Source of the DNA: Malacoraja senta | Taxonomy: Eukaryota | Reading direction: 5' to 3' | NCBI GenBank assembly: GCA_038087875.1 | Contig: CM075988.1 | Location: 26,414,001-26,478,000, forward strand | Length of the DNA: 64,000 nucleotides | In this document: positions 13,169 through 25,904 of the stretch, one piece after another | Numbering within the stretch: position 1 is the stretch's first letter | Layout: every line of letters starts with the position of its first letter | Position numbers and translations under genes: made by a program | Notes under the pieces: model-generated | Seen by the model: the letters and a program-made list of their open reading frames with translations, nothing else | Database searches by the model: none | What the model was told of the DNA's origin: nothing

Positions 13169-14896
13169 TATCTGCAGAGAGGACAGGAGATTATAGACCT
13201 TGTAATTATCAAACTTAAATCTGATACAGTGCTTTACAGAAGTGAGATCAAACAAAACAAAATCACTTCTGGACATGTTAGGAGAGGCAACTAGGTTGGT
13301 CAAAGAAGTGGCTTTAAGAAGCATCTTAAAGGAGGAAGTAGAGGGGGTGGAGAGATGAAATGGAGTATTGCAGGACTTGGGCCTGAAGAGCTGAAAGCCA
13401 CTGAAGGTGTTCAAGGGGAATCAGGGATCTGTGTGAGTGTCCAGGAGTGCACCGGCCATAGAGTGCTGGACAAGGTCACAGAGCCAGAGAGGCCAGCGTC
13501 ATTTAGTGGGGTCAGAAAACAAGGATTAAAGGGTTAAAACTGAAATGAACCTGGGTTTTTGGTTCAATTCAGTTCTACACTCATTCTGTCAGTCTGTCCA
13601 GTCCATTGAAAATCTAATTCACCATTAAACAAGCCCGACAGCAGCGTCAGACACTGACGAGAAGCCTTTTTAAAGAGGAGGAGGGGAAGTATTTTCATGT
13701 TTTAAAAATTCTTCTACCTTCTGAATTAACAATTTCTAGAGAACTGTAGAGTAGATAATAAGCTCACAATTCACCAAATCACTCCTTAATGTTGGGATGT
13801 GGTCAGTTTAGACAAAAAAAAAACACCGATTTTCAAAAGAATCTTAAACTAAGTATACCTTTGCATTAAACTTGTGATCTGCTTCATTCTTTCATTGTAA
13901 ATATTCACCCAGTGTTGATAATTTATTGTTCTCTTGTTCGAATTGAAGAAGCTGTTCTGTCCAATCACTATTTCAATTCTCTCTTGGCCAGTCTCACCCC
14001 AGCCACCTTCAGCAAACTCATCCAACACGCCACTGGGTGTACCCTAACTTCATCATTCTCCCTCCCCCCCCCCCATTCCACTGTTGTACATTTCTGCAAA
14101 CTCATCCAACCCTGTAACCTCTGGTTTTTCCTCTGCAGATGCTGGAATCTTAAGCAAAACACCAAGTACTGGAGGAACTCAGCGTGAGGATCTGGTAAGG
14201 AATGAATGGACAGGTGAGGTTTCAAGTCGGGACCTTTCTTTAGACTGAGTCTGAATTCAAATTTGAATTAGACCAAGTCTAAAGATGGATCCTGTCCAAA
14301 AACGTGGCCTCTCCATTTCGTCCTCAGTTACTGCCTGACCCCTGGGGTCCTCCAGCACTTTGTGTTTTGAACTAAATTAGAAACTCTGTAATTAAAACAG
14401 AAGTCTCTGACCATGAGATGATCTTTATGAATAATGTTTTTTAAAAATGTTTCAGAGCAAGGAAGAACTTACTAGAAGTTGATGACTCCACCAAAGATCG
14501 TGCTGTAGAACGGCCACAATCCACTTGTGTTCAACTGCTGTGGGTCCAGCTGCTGTGGGCTGTGTGGCAACCTTCTCTGTGTTCCTCAGTATGTTGATTC
14601 TCATCTGCAAGGTAGCCAATTGTGTTACTGTGCTTCCGTTACTGGTTCCCGAGTCCAGGAAACCACACTGAAGAAGTGAAGGAGATGGTTTTAGTTGCAC
14701 TTTTCTCCTTTTTTAAAAGCGGCTGCTTCTTTACTGAAGAGCTGAGATCTTTGGAATAAACCTTTTTTAATGTTTTAGAAAAAATGTCATCAAATTAAAA
14801 GCTAATATCAATATTGTGTGTTTTACTTCCCTATCAGAATATCCAGAGTACTTTACAGTCAATGCAGCATTACATTACACGCTTTTTACAGGATGT

Positions 14897-15195
14897 CCAG
14901 GCAGCATCTGTGGAGAACATGGATAGGTGACGTTTCACAGAGTGCTGGAGTAACTCAGCGGGTCAGGCAGCATCTGTGGAGAACATGGATAGGTGACGTT
15001 TCACAGAGTGCTGGAGTAACTCAGCGGGTCAGGCAGCATCTGTAGAGAACATGGATAGGTGACGTTTCACAGAGTGCTGGAGTAACTCAGCGGGTTTGGC
15101 AGCATCTCTGGAGAACATGGATAGGTAACGTTTCACAGAGTGCTGGAGTAACTCAGCGGGTCAGGCAGCATCTGTGGAGAACATGGATAGGTGAT
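14897..15195. repeat. 66-bp tandem repeat (~4.5 copies) derived from the Penelope terminal sequence
   Basis: The unit CAGGCAGCATCTGTGGAGAACATGGATAGGTGACGTTTCACAGAGTGCTGGAGTAACTCAGCGGGT recurs every 66 bp. Confidence 0.92.
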
Positions 15196-15688
15196 ATTCC
15201 GGGTTGAGACCCTGCTTCAGACGTTGTAGCAACGGGAGAAAGTGGGAAAAGAGTTGGGGCTGGAACAAAGCTTGGCAGGTTGTAGGTGGATACAGGTGAG
15301 TGTAAGGGGGGGGGGGGGGAGAGAGGATTGCTTGGCAGACAGTTGGACAACGGCCAGAAATGAGTGGGAGAGATGGGTGTGCATCCGGGTGGGACACAGG
15401 GAATAACTCCTATTACTTGTTGTTGGAGTAATTCTATTCCTTTAACAAGTTCACTAGACCATCCGGCCCATCGACTCCACTCCGCCATTCAATCATGGCT
15501 GATCTCTGTCTCCTAATCCCATTTTCCTGCCTTCTCCCCGTCACCCTTGACACCCATTCTAATCAAGAATTTGGCCATCTCTGCCTTAAAAATATCCACT
15601 GACTTGGCGTCCACAGCCCTCTGTGGCAATAAGTTCCACAGATTAACTACCCTCTCACTAAAGATGTTCCTCCTCGCATCCTTTCTAA

Positions 15689-17033
15689 GGCCCCTGTCCC
15701 ACTTTCACGACCTAATTCACGACCTCTGCCGAGTTTGCCCTTGACTCATACTCGCAGCATGGTCGTCACGAGGTCGTAGGTAGTTAGTAGTAGGTCGTGA
15801 TGCTAGTCGTAGGTACCCGTGGCATCAAGTAGGTCGCGGTGGTTTTTCTAGCCTGATAAAAAATGTCCATGAGTAAAAAAAAAGGTCGGCATAGAAAAAA
15901 TCTATACTTTTTACTCGTAGGTAGGTCGTTGTAGGTCGTGGTGCTGGTCGCAGGTGGTCGGAGGCAGTCAAACGTAATAGCTTCGGGGTGAATAAAAGGC
16001 AGTAGAAAAAAAAGGTAATTTAAACAGCAGAACGTCACCTCTGTCACTCCAAGCCATGTTCATTCATAGCTGGAGAGTTTTTTGGAGAGGAGACGCGTTT
16101 TAGAGATGGCACCAAAAAGGCAGCAGCACAGGGGGAGCGCACAACCCTAAAAAAAACCTGTCATGCATGTGTTGCCCACCCAGGAGGAGGAGTGGCAGGA
16201 GGTGATGCCACAGGAGGTGATAGTGCAGGAGGAGGTAGCCCTGCATGAGAGACCCCTGGAGGAGGAGACCAGGGAGGTAGTATATGTCCCCACCACCACC
16301 CCATCCTTCACTGCCTCATTTGAAGGCAGCAAAGCAGCCCTTTCTCCTGTGTCTAACACAGCATCAGAGGCAGATGCCCCATTGGTGGTGAGGGAGGGCT
16401 GGAGGAAGGTTATGCCCTACACCTTCACCAGGCAGCAGGAGGGGGACCCTGAGGAATGGTTCCAGCAGAGTGCTATCCTGTACGAAAAGGAAAATGAGGG
16501 GTACAGGGACAAGAATGGCATGCTTGCCATCCATTGCCCCACATGTGTGCTTAAAGTTCCATCTTTTGTCAAAGCCCAGCACCACTCTCTTCCAGTCACC
16601 TGGTGTACTGGGACAGTCCATCACATCATCTCCATTCACCCATTGAGACATCTTCTTGTGCTTCCTCTTCACCCTTGCTCTTCCCCTCTGCCTTTCTGAA
16701 AAGGCTGCTGAAGCAAAAGGGCTACTGCAAACAGCAGTAGTTGTATTTTTACTAACATTCTCCAAACTAGATCCTTCCTTGTTTGCATGGTTCAGAATGA
16801 TTTGCCAAAGACCATCCTCGAGTAAAACGTACATGATCGAAGCCAGTCTTTAACATAGTCGAAGGAGGTCGAAGGAGGTCTTCTTCATAGTCGAGGGAGG
16901 TCTTCAACATAGTCGTAGGAGGTCGTACGAATAGTCGTGGAAGGTCGTAGGTTACTGCGACCTTGATTTTTTTTTAGGTCATTTAAGGTCGTCAGAGGTC
17001 GTGAATTAGGTCGTGAAAGTGGGACAGGGGCTT
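15689..17033. mobile_element. PIF/Harbinger DNA transposon, internally deleted, nested in a CR1 fragment
   Basis: ~40-bp TIRs (GCCCCTGTCCCACTTTCACGACCTAATTCACGACCTCTG) and a TAA target duplication. Minus strand has a transposase remnant (WNFKHTCGAMDGKH); plus strand has a Myb/MADF-like remnant (ILYEKENEGYRDK). Confidence 0.9.
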
Positions 17034-18675
17034 TAAAGAGCGCCCTTTAATTCTGAGGCTATTACCTCTGGTCCTAGTCTCCCTCTCTCTCTCTCTCTCC
17101 CTCACCCTCTCTCTCTCTCTCTCTGTCCATCTTGTGCCCTCTTAATTATCTGGCCTCTCGTTTTCTCTATCAAAATGTAATGCTTTTCCTTTCTCAGCAT
17201 TAAATTTGATCTGCTATCAATCCATTCATTCATCCTACCTGTCTTCGCATCACAGGTTCAGTTCACCTCCATGATATCGTTATCTGCAAATTAGGAAATT
17301 ATTCCCCATGTGCCCGATTCAAAGTTGTTAATATATATTAAGAGGAGCAGCGTTTCTGTGTTTCTTGGTAGCTAATTCAATATCTTTGTTTCTTGGTAGC
17401 CAATGTTCTTATCATCTGCTACACACTCCTTTATTCCATGGTCTTCAAGCCACAATGACAAACTATAATATGACACGTCATTAAACACCTTTGGGAAGTC
17501 CATTTCTAATGCATCGACCACATTTTCCTCAGAAGCTGCCGACTGACTTGAAGTGTTCAATGGTGTTCGCCGGTGCCAGCACCACTTTGTTTCTTTAATA
17601 TACATCAATAATTTAAAATTGGGCATTGAGATTTGATCATGTAAATAGTTTTGACTCTCAGCTTCAGTCATCAAGTTAAGATAGAACTTCACTAATGAGT
17701 CACCATATTTCTCCGATCAGGAAAGCCAAAGACCATTTTTCAAACAATTCTATCAGACCAAAACTCATCAGTTTGGATCCGGCAGTGGGGAAATTTACAG
17801 GTGACCACATCAGTTTGTCTCTGCTGCCTTCAGGTACACCAACACTGGTTTCAGTTACACCACAACTCATTGAAACCAAAGCTTACATCATAAGCGTATA
17901 TTACCTTGCACATCACGAAAAGGAAACAGAACAGAAAGGAATATAGAAACGCTTAATTAGCAACACTGTTAAATTGCAATGGAACCAAGAACTGGAATAA
18001 CGATGGATTCCAATGTAAAACATACAACTAAAGTCTAAGATAATTTAGAGTAGCTATTCTATCATGTTTGAGAACGACATAAGATCAGAGATCTCTTCTT
18101 CAAGGAGTGAGAGAGAAGCCATCCATTTGAAGTAAGATAGCTCAGGATCCATGCCATTGCTCAGGACTTCCAATGCTTTAATCTGAGCTTCCTACATTGG
18201 CCATAACATCAAAATGGAAGCAAGTTATCTCCAACACTCAAAGAAAACAAATGTCAAACTGACTAACAAAGCAAAAGGTTGCTGATACCAAAAGCCTGAA
18301 ATACAAACAGGAAATGTTGGAAATACTCAGAAAACTGGGCAGTAAGTGCAAAGAGAGAACCATTTTCTCTTGCTCCTTCTCCAAGATGCTGAAACAGGAA
18401 GATACGTCTTGTTAATTCTGAGGCAATCTTTAAATGCCCCCTGTCCATCTTCCCCTTCATCCTCTTCCACTCATTTCACTCCTCCTCTTCTCTCCATATG
18501 GACAATAGACAATAGGTGTAGGAGTAGGCCATTCGGCCCTTCGAGCCAGCACCGCCATTCAATGTGAGCATGGCTGATCATCCACAATCAGTACCCAGTT
18601 CCTGTCTCCTCCCCATATCCCCTGACTCCACTATCTTTCAGAGCCCTATCAAGCTCTCTCTTGAAAGTATCCAGA

Positions 18676-20106
18676 TAGGCTGTGGGCCGAGTAGCTGTTT
18701 TGTTCAAGTTCGTGACCCAACTCACGGAACTACATGAATTTTTTAACATATTGTGTAAACATATATAAATCATACCTGAAACTCATCAAGAAAAAAACCT
18801 GCAATTTTTTTAAAAATGAGAAAAGGCTCCAATTTTCCGAGTAGTAATTGTCCAATAAATGCACGTTTGACATTGAGGTCGGACGTAAATTGACCAACCC
18901 CGCGCTTTGATTTATGGTCGCTTGGCAGGGAGGACCCTGGGATCATGGCTGCCTCCTCATTACATCAAAACAATAACAAGGTTTCCAAGGAATAAAGGTA
19001 ATGCTCACCTTGCTGATCATTTTGTTTTTCAATTGATTTATCTATATAAAGTTATGATGTGAACTGTTAAATAAAAATGATAGATAATAAATGTAGAGCT
19101 AGCGTTAGGATTAGGGTTAGGGTCGGTCGGTCGGTCAGTCAGTCAGTCTGTCGGTCGGGCTTGTCGGTAGGCCGATGGATGCTGTGGAGGATCGGTTGGG
19201 CTGCCGGGCCGTCGGTGGGTGGTGAGAGTTGGGTTGGGCCGCCGGTGGATGGTGAGAGTGGTCGGTCGGGCCGGGCCACCGGTGGGTGCTGCGAGTGGTC
19301 GGACGGCCAGTGTTGCAGCAAGCGTGTGGGCGGACTGACGGAGCCGGCGCTATGGTGGTGCTGAAGGCGGCCCGGGCGGCGTGCAGGGCTGTGCTGCTCC
19401 CCACCATCATCACCTACGATGAACCAGAAGGGCATGCTGGCCGAGGTGGACGCGCTGCGGGGCCACACGTATGGAGCCCGCAGCCGGTCCCAAAGCGGCT
19501 CCAGCTCCAGCCGTGGGCAGCTCTGGAAGGGGAGGGCGAGTTAGGGTTAGGGTTAGGGTTAGGCATTTTCCTGTCAGTGGAAGATGCCTTAGCCTTCCCC
19601 CAGCCTGGTACTGCCCCAGTCCCACTATGGCCGTGACCCCCACCCTGCACACTGGCAGTCAGTGGGGTTCAGTAAATGGGGGAACCCACAGGAACTGCCC
19701 TCACCCATGAATTAGGCTGGTTCAGGAGTCGGACCTCTGCGGCAGTCTCCTTCAAAATACACTCACAATTATATTCATTATATTAGTTTTATATAATTAT
19801 ATATGATTACACTAATATTCACAAGTCATATATATATACAGTATAATAATGTATGGTTTACATAGGCCGCAGCACGGAATTAATCTCACCATGGTGTAAT
19901 ATGGGCATTGGACAAGAGATGGCGCTTTTTCGATCTCATTTTCTAATTAGTTTAATTAATTAATGTGCACCTTTTGGCAATGACGAGTTCTGACTTTCTT
20001 CTCAATTATATGTTATCTAAATCTGTGCAAAATTTAATGTAGTTCCGAGACATGGGTCATGAAAGTTAAATTCAAGACACATTTATGATGCTCGGCCCAC
20101 AGCCTA
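18676..20106. mobile_element. Non-autonomous DNA transposon (hAT-like) with 16-bp TIR
   Basis: TAGGCTGTGGGCCGAG at 18676 and its exact reverse complement at 20091-20106. No matching TSD; internal TTAGGG runs. Confidence 0.7.
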
Positions 20107-20270
20107 CAGCGGGTGAGGCAGCATCTATGGAGCGAAGGAATAAGTGACGTTTCGGGTCGAGACCCTTCTTCAGACGTCTGAAGGATCACAACCCGAAACG
20201 TCGCCTATTCCTTCGCTCCATAGATGCTGCCTCACCTGTTGAGTTTCTCCAGCATTTTTGTCTACCTTCC
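20107..20270. mobile_element. Penelope-derived foldback mini-element with an intact minimal hammerhead motif on the minus strand
   Basis: Minus strand 20143-20175 reads GTCTGAAGAAGGGTCTCGACCCGAAACGTCACT, flanked by inverted arms. Confidence 0.75.
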
Positions 20271-23047
20271 CTTCTTATGGTTATATCCATAACATTTCCC
20301 CAAAGTACATGTATACAGGGTATTGATGTTTCCCCGAATATCAAATCAGTAAAGTTTCTGATCCAACGTAATTTGTTTTTAACCAAGATGCTGCCTGTCC
20401 CGCTGAGCTACTCCAGCTTTTTGTGTCCATTTAAACCAACATCTTCCTACACATCTAACCATCTGCACCTTGATGATTTGAAACATTTGGCTCTTTGCTG
20501 CCCACAGCTGGGCAATGATGAGATAGCAGTGTGATTCTGAGCCATTTCCTAACTAGTCTTGTCCTTTATTTCCATTCCATCCTGAAGTATTAATTTGCCA
20601 GAAGTTGTCACCCTGCAACCACAAACTTATAGAGTGGATGTGGAGAGGATGTTTCTAGTAATGGGAGAATCTAGGACCAGAGGGCATAGCCTCAGAATAA
20701 AAGGATGTACCTTTAGAATGGAAATGAGGAGGAATTTGTTTAATCAGAGTGTGGCGAATCTGTGAAATTCATCGCCACAGATGGTGGTGGACGCCAAAAT
20801 TGGGTACTTTTAAAGCGGGGAGTGATAGGTTCTTCATTAGTAAGGGTGTCCAAGGTTACAGGGAGAAGGCAGGAGAATGGTGTTAAGAAGGAAAAATAGA
20901 TCAGCCATGATTGAATGGTGGACAGACTCAATGGGCTGAATGGCCTAATTCTGCTCATATGTCTTATGAACTCAGGTGATCACTGGCTCAATGAGCCGTG
21001 CAAGTTTCTAGTAGAACCTATTCCAATGTAGTTCCATGACTTATTCGCTCACACTTGCCCCATCAATTTCCTTTTTTGATTCATTTGCCACATACCTACA
21101 CTAAATGGCAATTTACAGGCATGTGTTTTGGGGATTGGAGGAAAACATGTGCGTTCAGGTGTAAACTCCAGCGTACAGCGTTCCAGGTCAGAACTGAACC
21201 AAAGTCACCGGAGATGTGAAGCAGCAGCACTAATTGCTGCACCACTCTGCCTTCCAGCTTAGTGAAGGAAGGGATATAAATTTGCAAGTGAGGTGGGGAT
21301 GGCCCACAGGGGAATATGAACACCCATGCTTCCAAGCATCAATTCCTTTGCCAGATGTTCCAGGCTTGGGAAATACTTTCAAAGTGGTTTATTCTTATAT
21401 GCTGCAATAAGCTGCTAATCGCCAGTGAAGGGAGTTAAATGTTGAGGGTTGTGGCTTCAACTGTCATGGATATTGTAGGGTGAGTATTAGTAGAACTGCA
21501 CTCATGAGTTTTCCACTCTGTTCCTGCCTTGTGCCGTGCAGCTGTGGCAAAGTTACAAGATACTCAGGATTTATTCTACTTGGTCAGGTTTCTGGTCACT
21601 GTGGATGTACAAGATGTTGTTGCCAATGGATTCAGCATGCAATGCTTTCATTAATGTAAAGAGGAGGGGGGAGGGAGGGAATGTTCCCTCGCTGTGCAGC
21701 CCTTCAAATAAATGATGCACGTGGAACCCACTGCTATTATCAACGATCATTCCAATTCCTGACACAACAATAAGACAATTGAGTACACACGTGGAGTTTT
21801 GGGTTTTAAAAGGGATCTGTACTTTTTTTTAGAAAAGGAAACGTGGATTTAAAAAATACATTGGGTAAACAATGTTCCCTTCTGTTTTCCTAACATAGGC
21901 AACCAGCACAGGTATTATATTAATAGGTTCCTGCAAAACACCAAAGAAAAATAAACTTTATGGTGTAATCATCTATGATTTCATTACTTAGGACTTTGTG
22001 AAGCTGGATGGCATTGGAGATGAAAGCAGATTTTTCCTTCCGTTCCCAAGTACATGCAGCCTACCAAGGTCAATTTGTCACCATTTCTCACATGAGACAC
22101 CTTTATGGTCTTCTAAGTTAGTCATTTAAATGATGAAGAATGCCACGTATATTCATTCAGTGTTTCTGTTACAATTCAGTAATTCTATTACAATTCCCTC
22201 CAAATCTTCAAGCACATGGTTGGCATAAAAGTAATGGACCAAAGAGTCTTTTTATGTGCTCCTGTATATAACATTGGTAAATTCAATCTTTCCACATTGG
22301 ATTTGAACCCAGAACTGATGGCTGAAAGCACTGCAACACATATAATACAACACAATTGGAATACCAAGACATGAGATATGCAATCATTTTTTGATTCATT
22401 ATATTTCAATCTCAAAATAACATGTCATTTCACGATACAATTCATCACAAGCACAGAGAAAAATCATATAGTAAGTAAACATTAAACAAAACAAAATGGT
22501 TTAAGCCCCAATAGTTCAACACTTCATTTCAGATGCTGTATTATTCATCACTAAAAACCAACAGTACATTTTTAAAATGCAAGGACAATTTTATGGCACA
22601 GAATTTAGTTTTAATGCTTGCAATCTGATTAACAATAATCTAGATCCTCAGCAATCATTCTATTCCCATTATATTATCTTTCATAATTAAAACTGGGCAG
22701 CCAGGCATCACCTGTACCCCAAATGTGAAGTGTTCAGTGATACTACAGCACTTGCTTCAATAGTACATTGAGGCCATGATACACAAGTCTTCCAGATATT
22801 CTGTGCTACATTCAATGCCGGCTTTCCACAAAATTACATCCAATCTGCAAAGAGATATGGAAGTGGCATCCACACCACATCTCACACAAGACTACAGTTT
22901 ATATTGCTTACTTCAAATTGCTCTCACTTGCAATAATGCAGAAAATATTAGCAGATCATTGAGTCGATTGTGTCAGAACAGTGCAGGACAAAGATAGGGA
23001 GCTCCACTGAGATTACGGCTGGGCAATAATGGGGAAATGAAAGCTGC

Positions 23048-23476
23048 TCATTCTTCTTTGTCAGCAGTGATGAATGCCCCATCCATAAGCTTTCCCTTGG
23101 CCTTCAAGTTCCTCATGAAGTCCCGTGGTCCTTTGCCTTCCAAGGCTGACGGGTATTTGTAGGAGCCTCCAATTCGGTCCCACAGTGTGAAGTACTGCCC
23201 ATAGTTATAATCAAAGTATAGGTGGTGATCTGTGTGATGGGCCGACCCATTAATGATGCCCTCAAGAATTCTGGGCACTCTGTAGTCCCCATCGTGAATG
23301 GACACCGTCCAGATGTTGACAAAGACGTAGAGACCCAGGTAGACCACTTTGTGCAGCGGGAAGAGGAACGGGTAGATGTGGTATGGGATACTCTGCAGGA
23401 AGCCATCCACTGGGTGAAAGGCATGACTTGCAAATGGCGTTGGAAGCTTCCAAGTATGGTGAGGCTTGTGCAAGTG
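23048..23476 (-). CDS. SC5D: Lathosterol oxidase (sterol-C5-desaturase), last coding exon
   Basis: [29 protein letters not shown]...[30 protein letters not shown] carries the desaturase His boxes. TAG acceptor at 23477-23478; TGA stop. Confidence 0.97.
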   Translation of the reverse strand, partial: HLHKPHHTWKLPTPFASHAFHPVDGFLQSIPYHIYPFLFPLHKVVYLGLYVFVNIWTVSIHDGDYRVPRILEGIINGSAHHTDHHLYFDYNYGQYFTLWDRIGGSYKYPSALEGKGPRDFMRNLKAKGKLMDGAFITADKEE

Positions 23477-23966
23477 CTAAAGACAATACCAGAGGTTTAA
23501 AGAATCCACACATTAAGTGCTCATGTTAAATTTAAGACACGTTTGATATTACTTACAATGCTTTTCAAGCCCATCCTCACTATGACTAATCAACTAACAG
23601 ATAAAGCAGGGTCCATGAAATCATGGAATGTCATTGGCATTTTATTAATTAAATATAACGCAAGGAGAATGAAGTCAAGACCATATGTTCAGGCAACACA
23701 TTCAATGATCATTCTCAAACATTCACACATGAATATATGAATTTGCAATGTCGGGGGCAGCAGCATTGGGCGGGTTGGGACTAATGGAGGAGCTCCTTCA
23801 GAGAGTTGGCACAGGTACAACAGCACTAAGGTGCTGGATTATGCAATGAAATAGCAGCTAGGCATTTGAATACCTCCCACATATGCATTTCTCAAATGTG
23901 TGCTAACGGCCATTTTCAGATCTCTACAACCAAACAAAACCTGTCACCCAACCCCAAGCTTCTTAC

Positions 23967-24067
23967 TTTATAGAGGAGCCTGTTATGAAGAAACCGATGG
24001 ATCCAGTAGATACACATGTCTGTGAAGAAGAGGAAGGAGATCATACTGAGCACCACTCCAAACCAAC
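23967..24067 (-). CDS. SC5D: SC5D coding exon 3 (101 bp)
   Basis: GWFGVVLSMISFLFFTDMCIYWIHRFLHNRLLYK contains the first His box; CAG/GTAAGA splice sites. Confidence 0.96.
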
Positions 24068-25296
24068 CTGAAAAGAAAGGTTGGAGTTTCAGTACAGAGA
24101 TCACTCAGCCCTTCCAGATAACATAACAGCACTCAGGATCACAGTCGCAGATTTATGATTTGGTGCTGGTGAGTATAAAGAAAGTATCCTTAAACTATGC
24201 AAACATTAAATATTCTAATTTTCCACAGTGAAAGAGTGCAGTTATGGTAACTTGCATCTGTATACCACAGTTAACATCTAAAAACATTCAAAGATGCCTC
24301 CAAGACGATTATAATAGTTTGGCAGTGAAGCTGGAAAAAGTGGTATGTTCTAATATTGGACAAGAAAGCTGGTTCCTTTGAACGTCTGGAAAAGAGTGGT
24401 TTAAAGTAAACCCAGATCTTAAGCCATTCATAGGCATAATAGAATCTAGCTTAGTTTAGTTTTTATTGTCATGTGTACCGAGGTAGAGTGAAACGGTTTT
24501 GTTTTTACAATAAAACAAGGAAATAGGAGCTGGAGCTGGCCATTTGATCCTTCAATATGATCATGGCTTATCTGTCCTTGTTCTCCAACCTCTTCTGTGC
24601 CAATTCCCCACATTCTCCAATTGTAAAAATTTTAGACAATTTATCTACAGCAAAACACTAAATTGCAAGAAGAACTCAGTAGGTAAGACAGCACCTGTGG
24701 AGAGAATGGACAGATAACATTTCAAGTCAGGACCCTTCTTCAGACTGATGGAATTGGGGGGAGCGAATACTGGAAAAGAGAGTTGGGGGCAAGGTGAGGC
24801 CTGGCAAGTGATAGGTGGATACAGGTGAGGAAGGGGCTTGTGGTGATTGGCAGATGGGTGGAGATAGTGACAAAAACTAGAGGTGAAAAGGTGAACATCT
24901 ACATCTATTTAAATTCCTCCGGCTAAATAGAGTAGAATAACCATCTATTTAAATTGATCCAGCATCTGCAACCTTGCAGAGTAGAACATTTTCAGAGATT
25001 TTCCATCCTCTGTGAAAAATATTCTGACACACCTCACTTGTAAACGACCACACTTGTATCTTACAACACATTGGAGACTCTCCAAGTGGAGGAAACATGG
25101 CAACAGACCCTTCCTGTTCTCAACCAAACCAAACTAGCAGGTTTAAAATTGTAGCCATTCATTTCTAGTTTGCTGTTTGAGGATGGATTTCAGTGCAAGA
25201 AGATTAAATAAAAGTGACAAATACCCAGCAGCCAAGTGGCAACACCACCAGGTTACCCACTTCCCGGCTCTGTTGCGCTTCTTTCTCAACACTTAC

Positions 25297-25429
25297 CATA
25301 AGGGGAATCCTCAATGTTATCGTACAATTTGCTGTAGCCACGGATTTCTGCAAAGAACAGTCCAACCGTCGGAATACTTATCCATGGAAGTGATTGCATA
25401 GCATACTTTATTTCTCGTCGCACTTGATT
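25297..25429 (-). CDS. SC5D: SC5D coding exon 2 (133 bp)
   Basis: NQVRREIKYAMQSLPWISIPTVGLFFAEIRGYSKLYDNIEDSPY; TAG/GTAAGT splice sites; not in the ORF track. Confidence 0.96.
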
Positions 25430-25904
25430 CTATGGAGAGATAAAATAAGTTCAGTACAGGTGACCTGAATATTGCAGCCGTTTGGGCAAGGGAAATTTGT
25501 CTTGCAGAATTCATTTCCCAAAATTTGTGATAAAGTATAATAACATTTATGTAAAAAAATTACAGAATATATGTAAAGGAAGTAAATAGATAAACGTTTT
25601 TAAGTGCAGATGATGTGGCTTTGATATACAGAAAATTACATGAAAGATAGTTTGAGGAATGCAACCCCCCATAATGCAAGAGTTGCCTGTCACTCTTTCA
25701 CTAACCTGTGTGCACTTAAATTGCCTTGGCTCACAAACATTGAGAAGCACCTGAACACAAAATATTATCAAATAGTGGTGCAGGGGAAGGTGCAGCAAGC
25801 CATGATGTCTACATCAGTCTCTCTCTCCTCAGAGTGTGATGCCTCATTCTGCTTCAATAACAAAATATTTCCGCATTCTAATCTTTCAAGTTTCTCTTAT
25901 ATTA

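Noticed and set aside
14897..15195. CRISPR-like periodicity
   Set aside because: No unique spacers; a plain tandem repeat in eukaryotic DNA.
19105..19563. Interstitial telomere or chromosome fusion site
   Set aside because: Only 3-4 units per run, all in one orientation and inside a TIR element.
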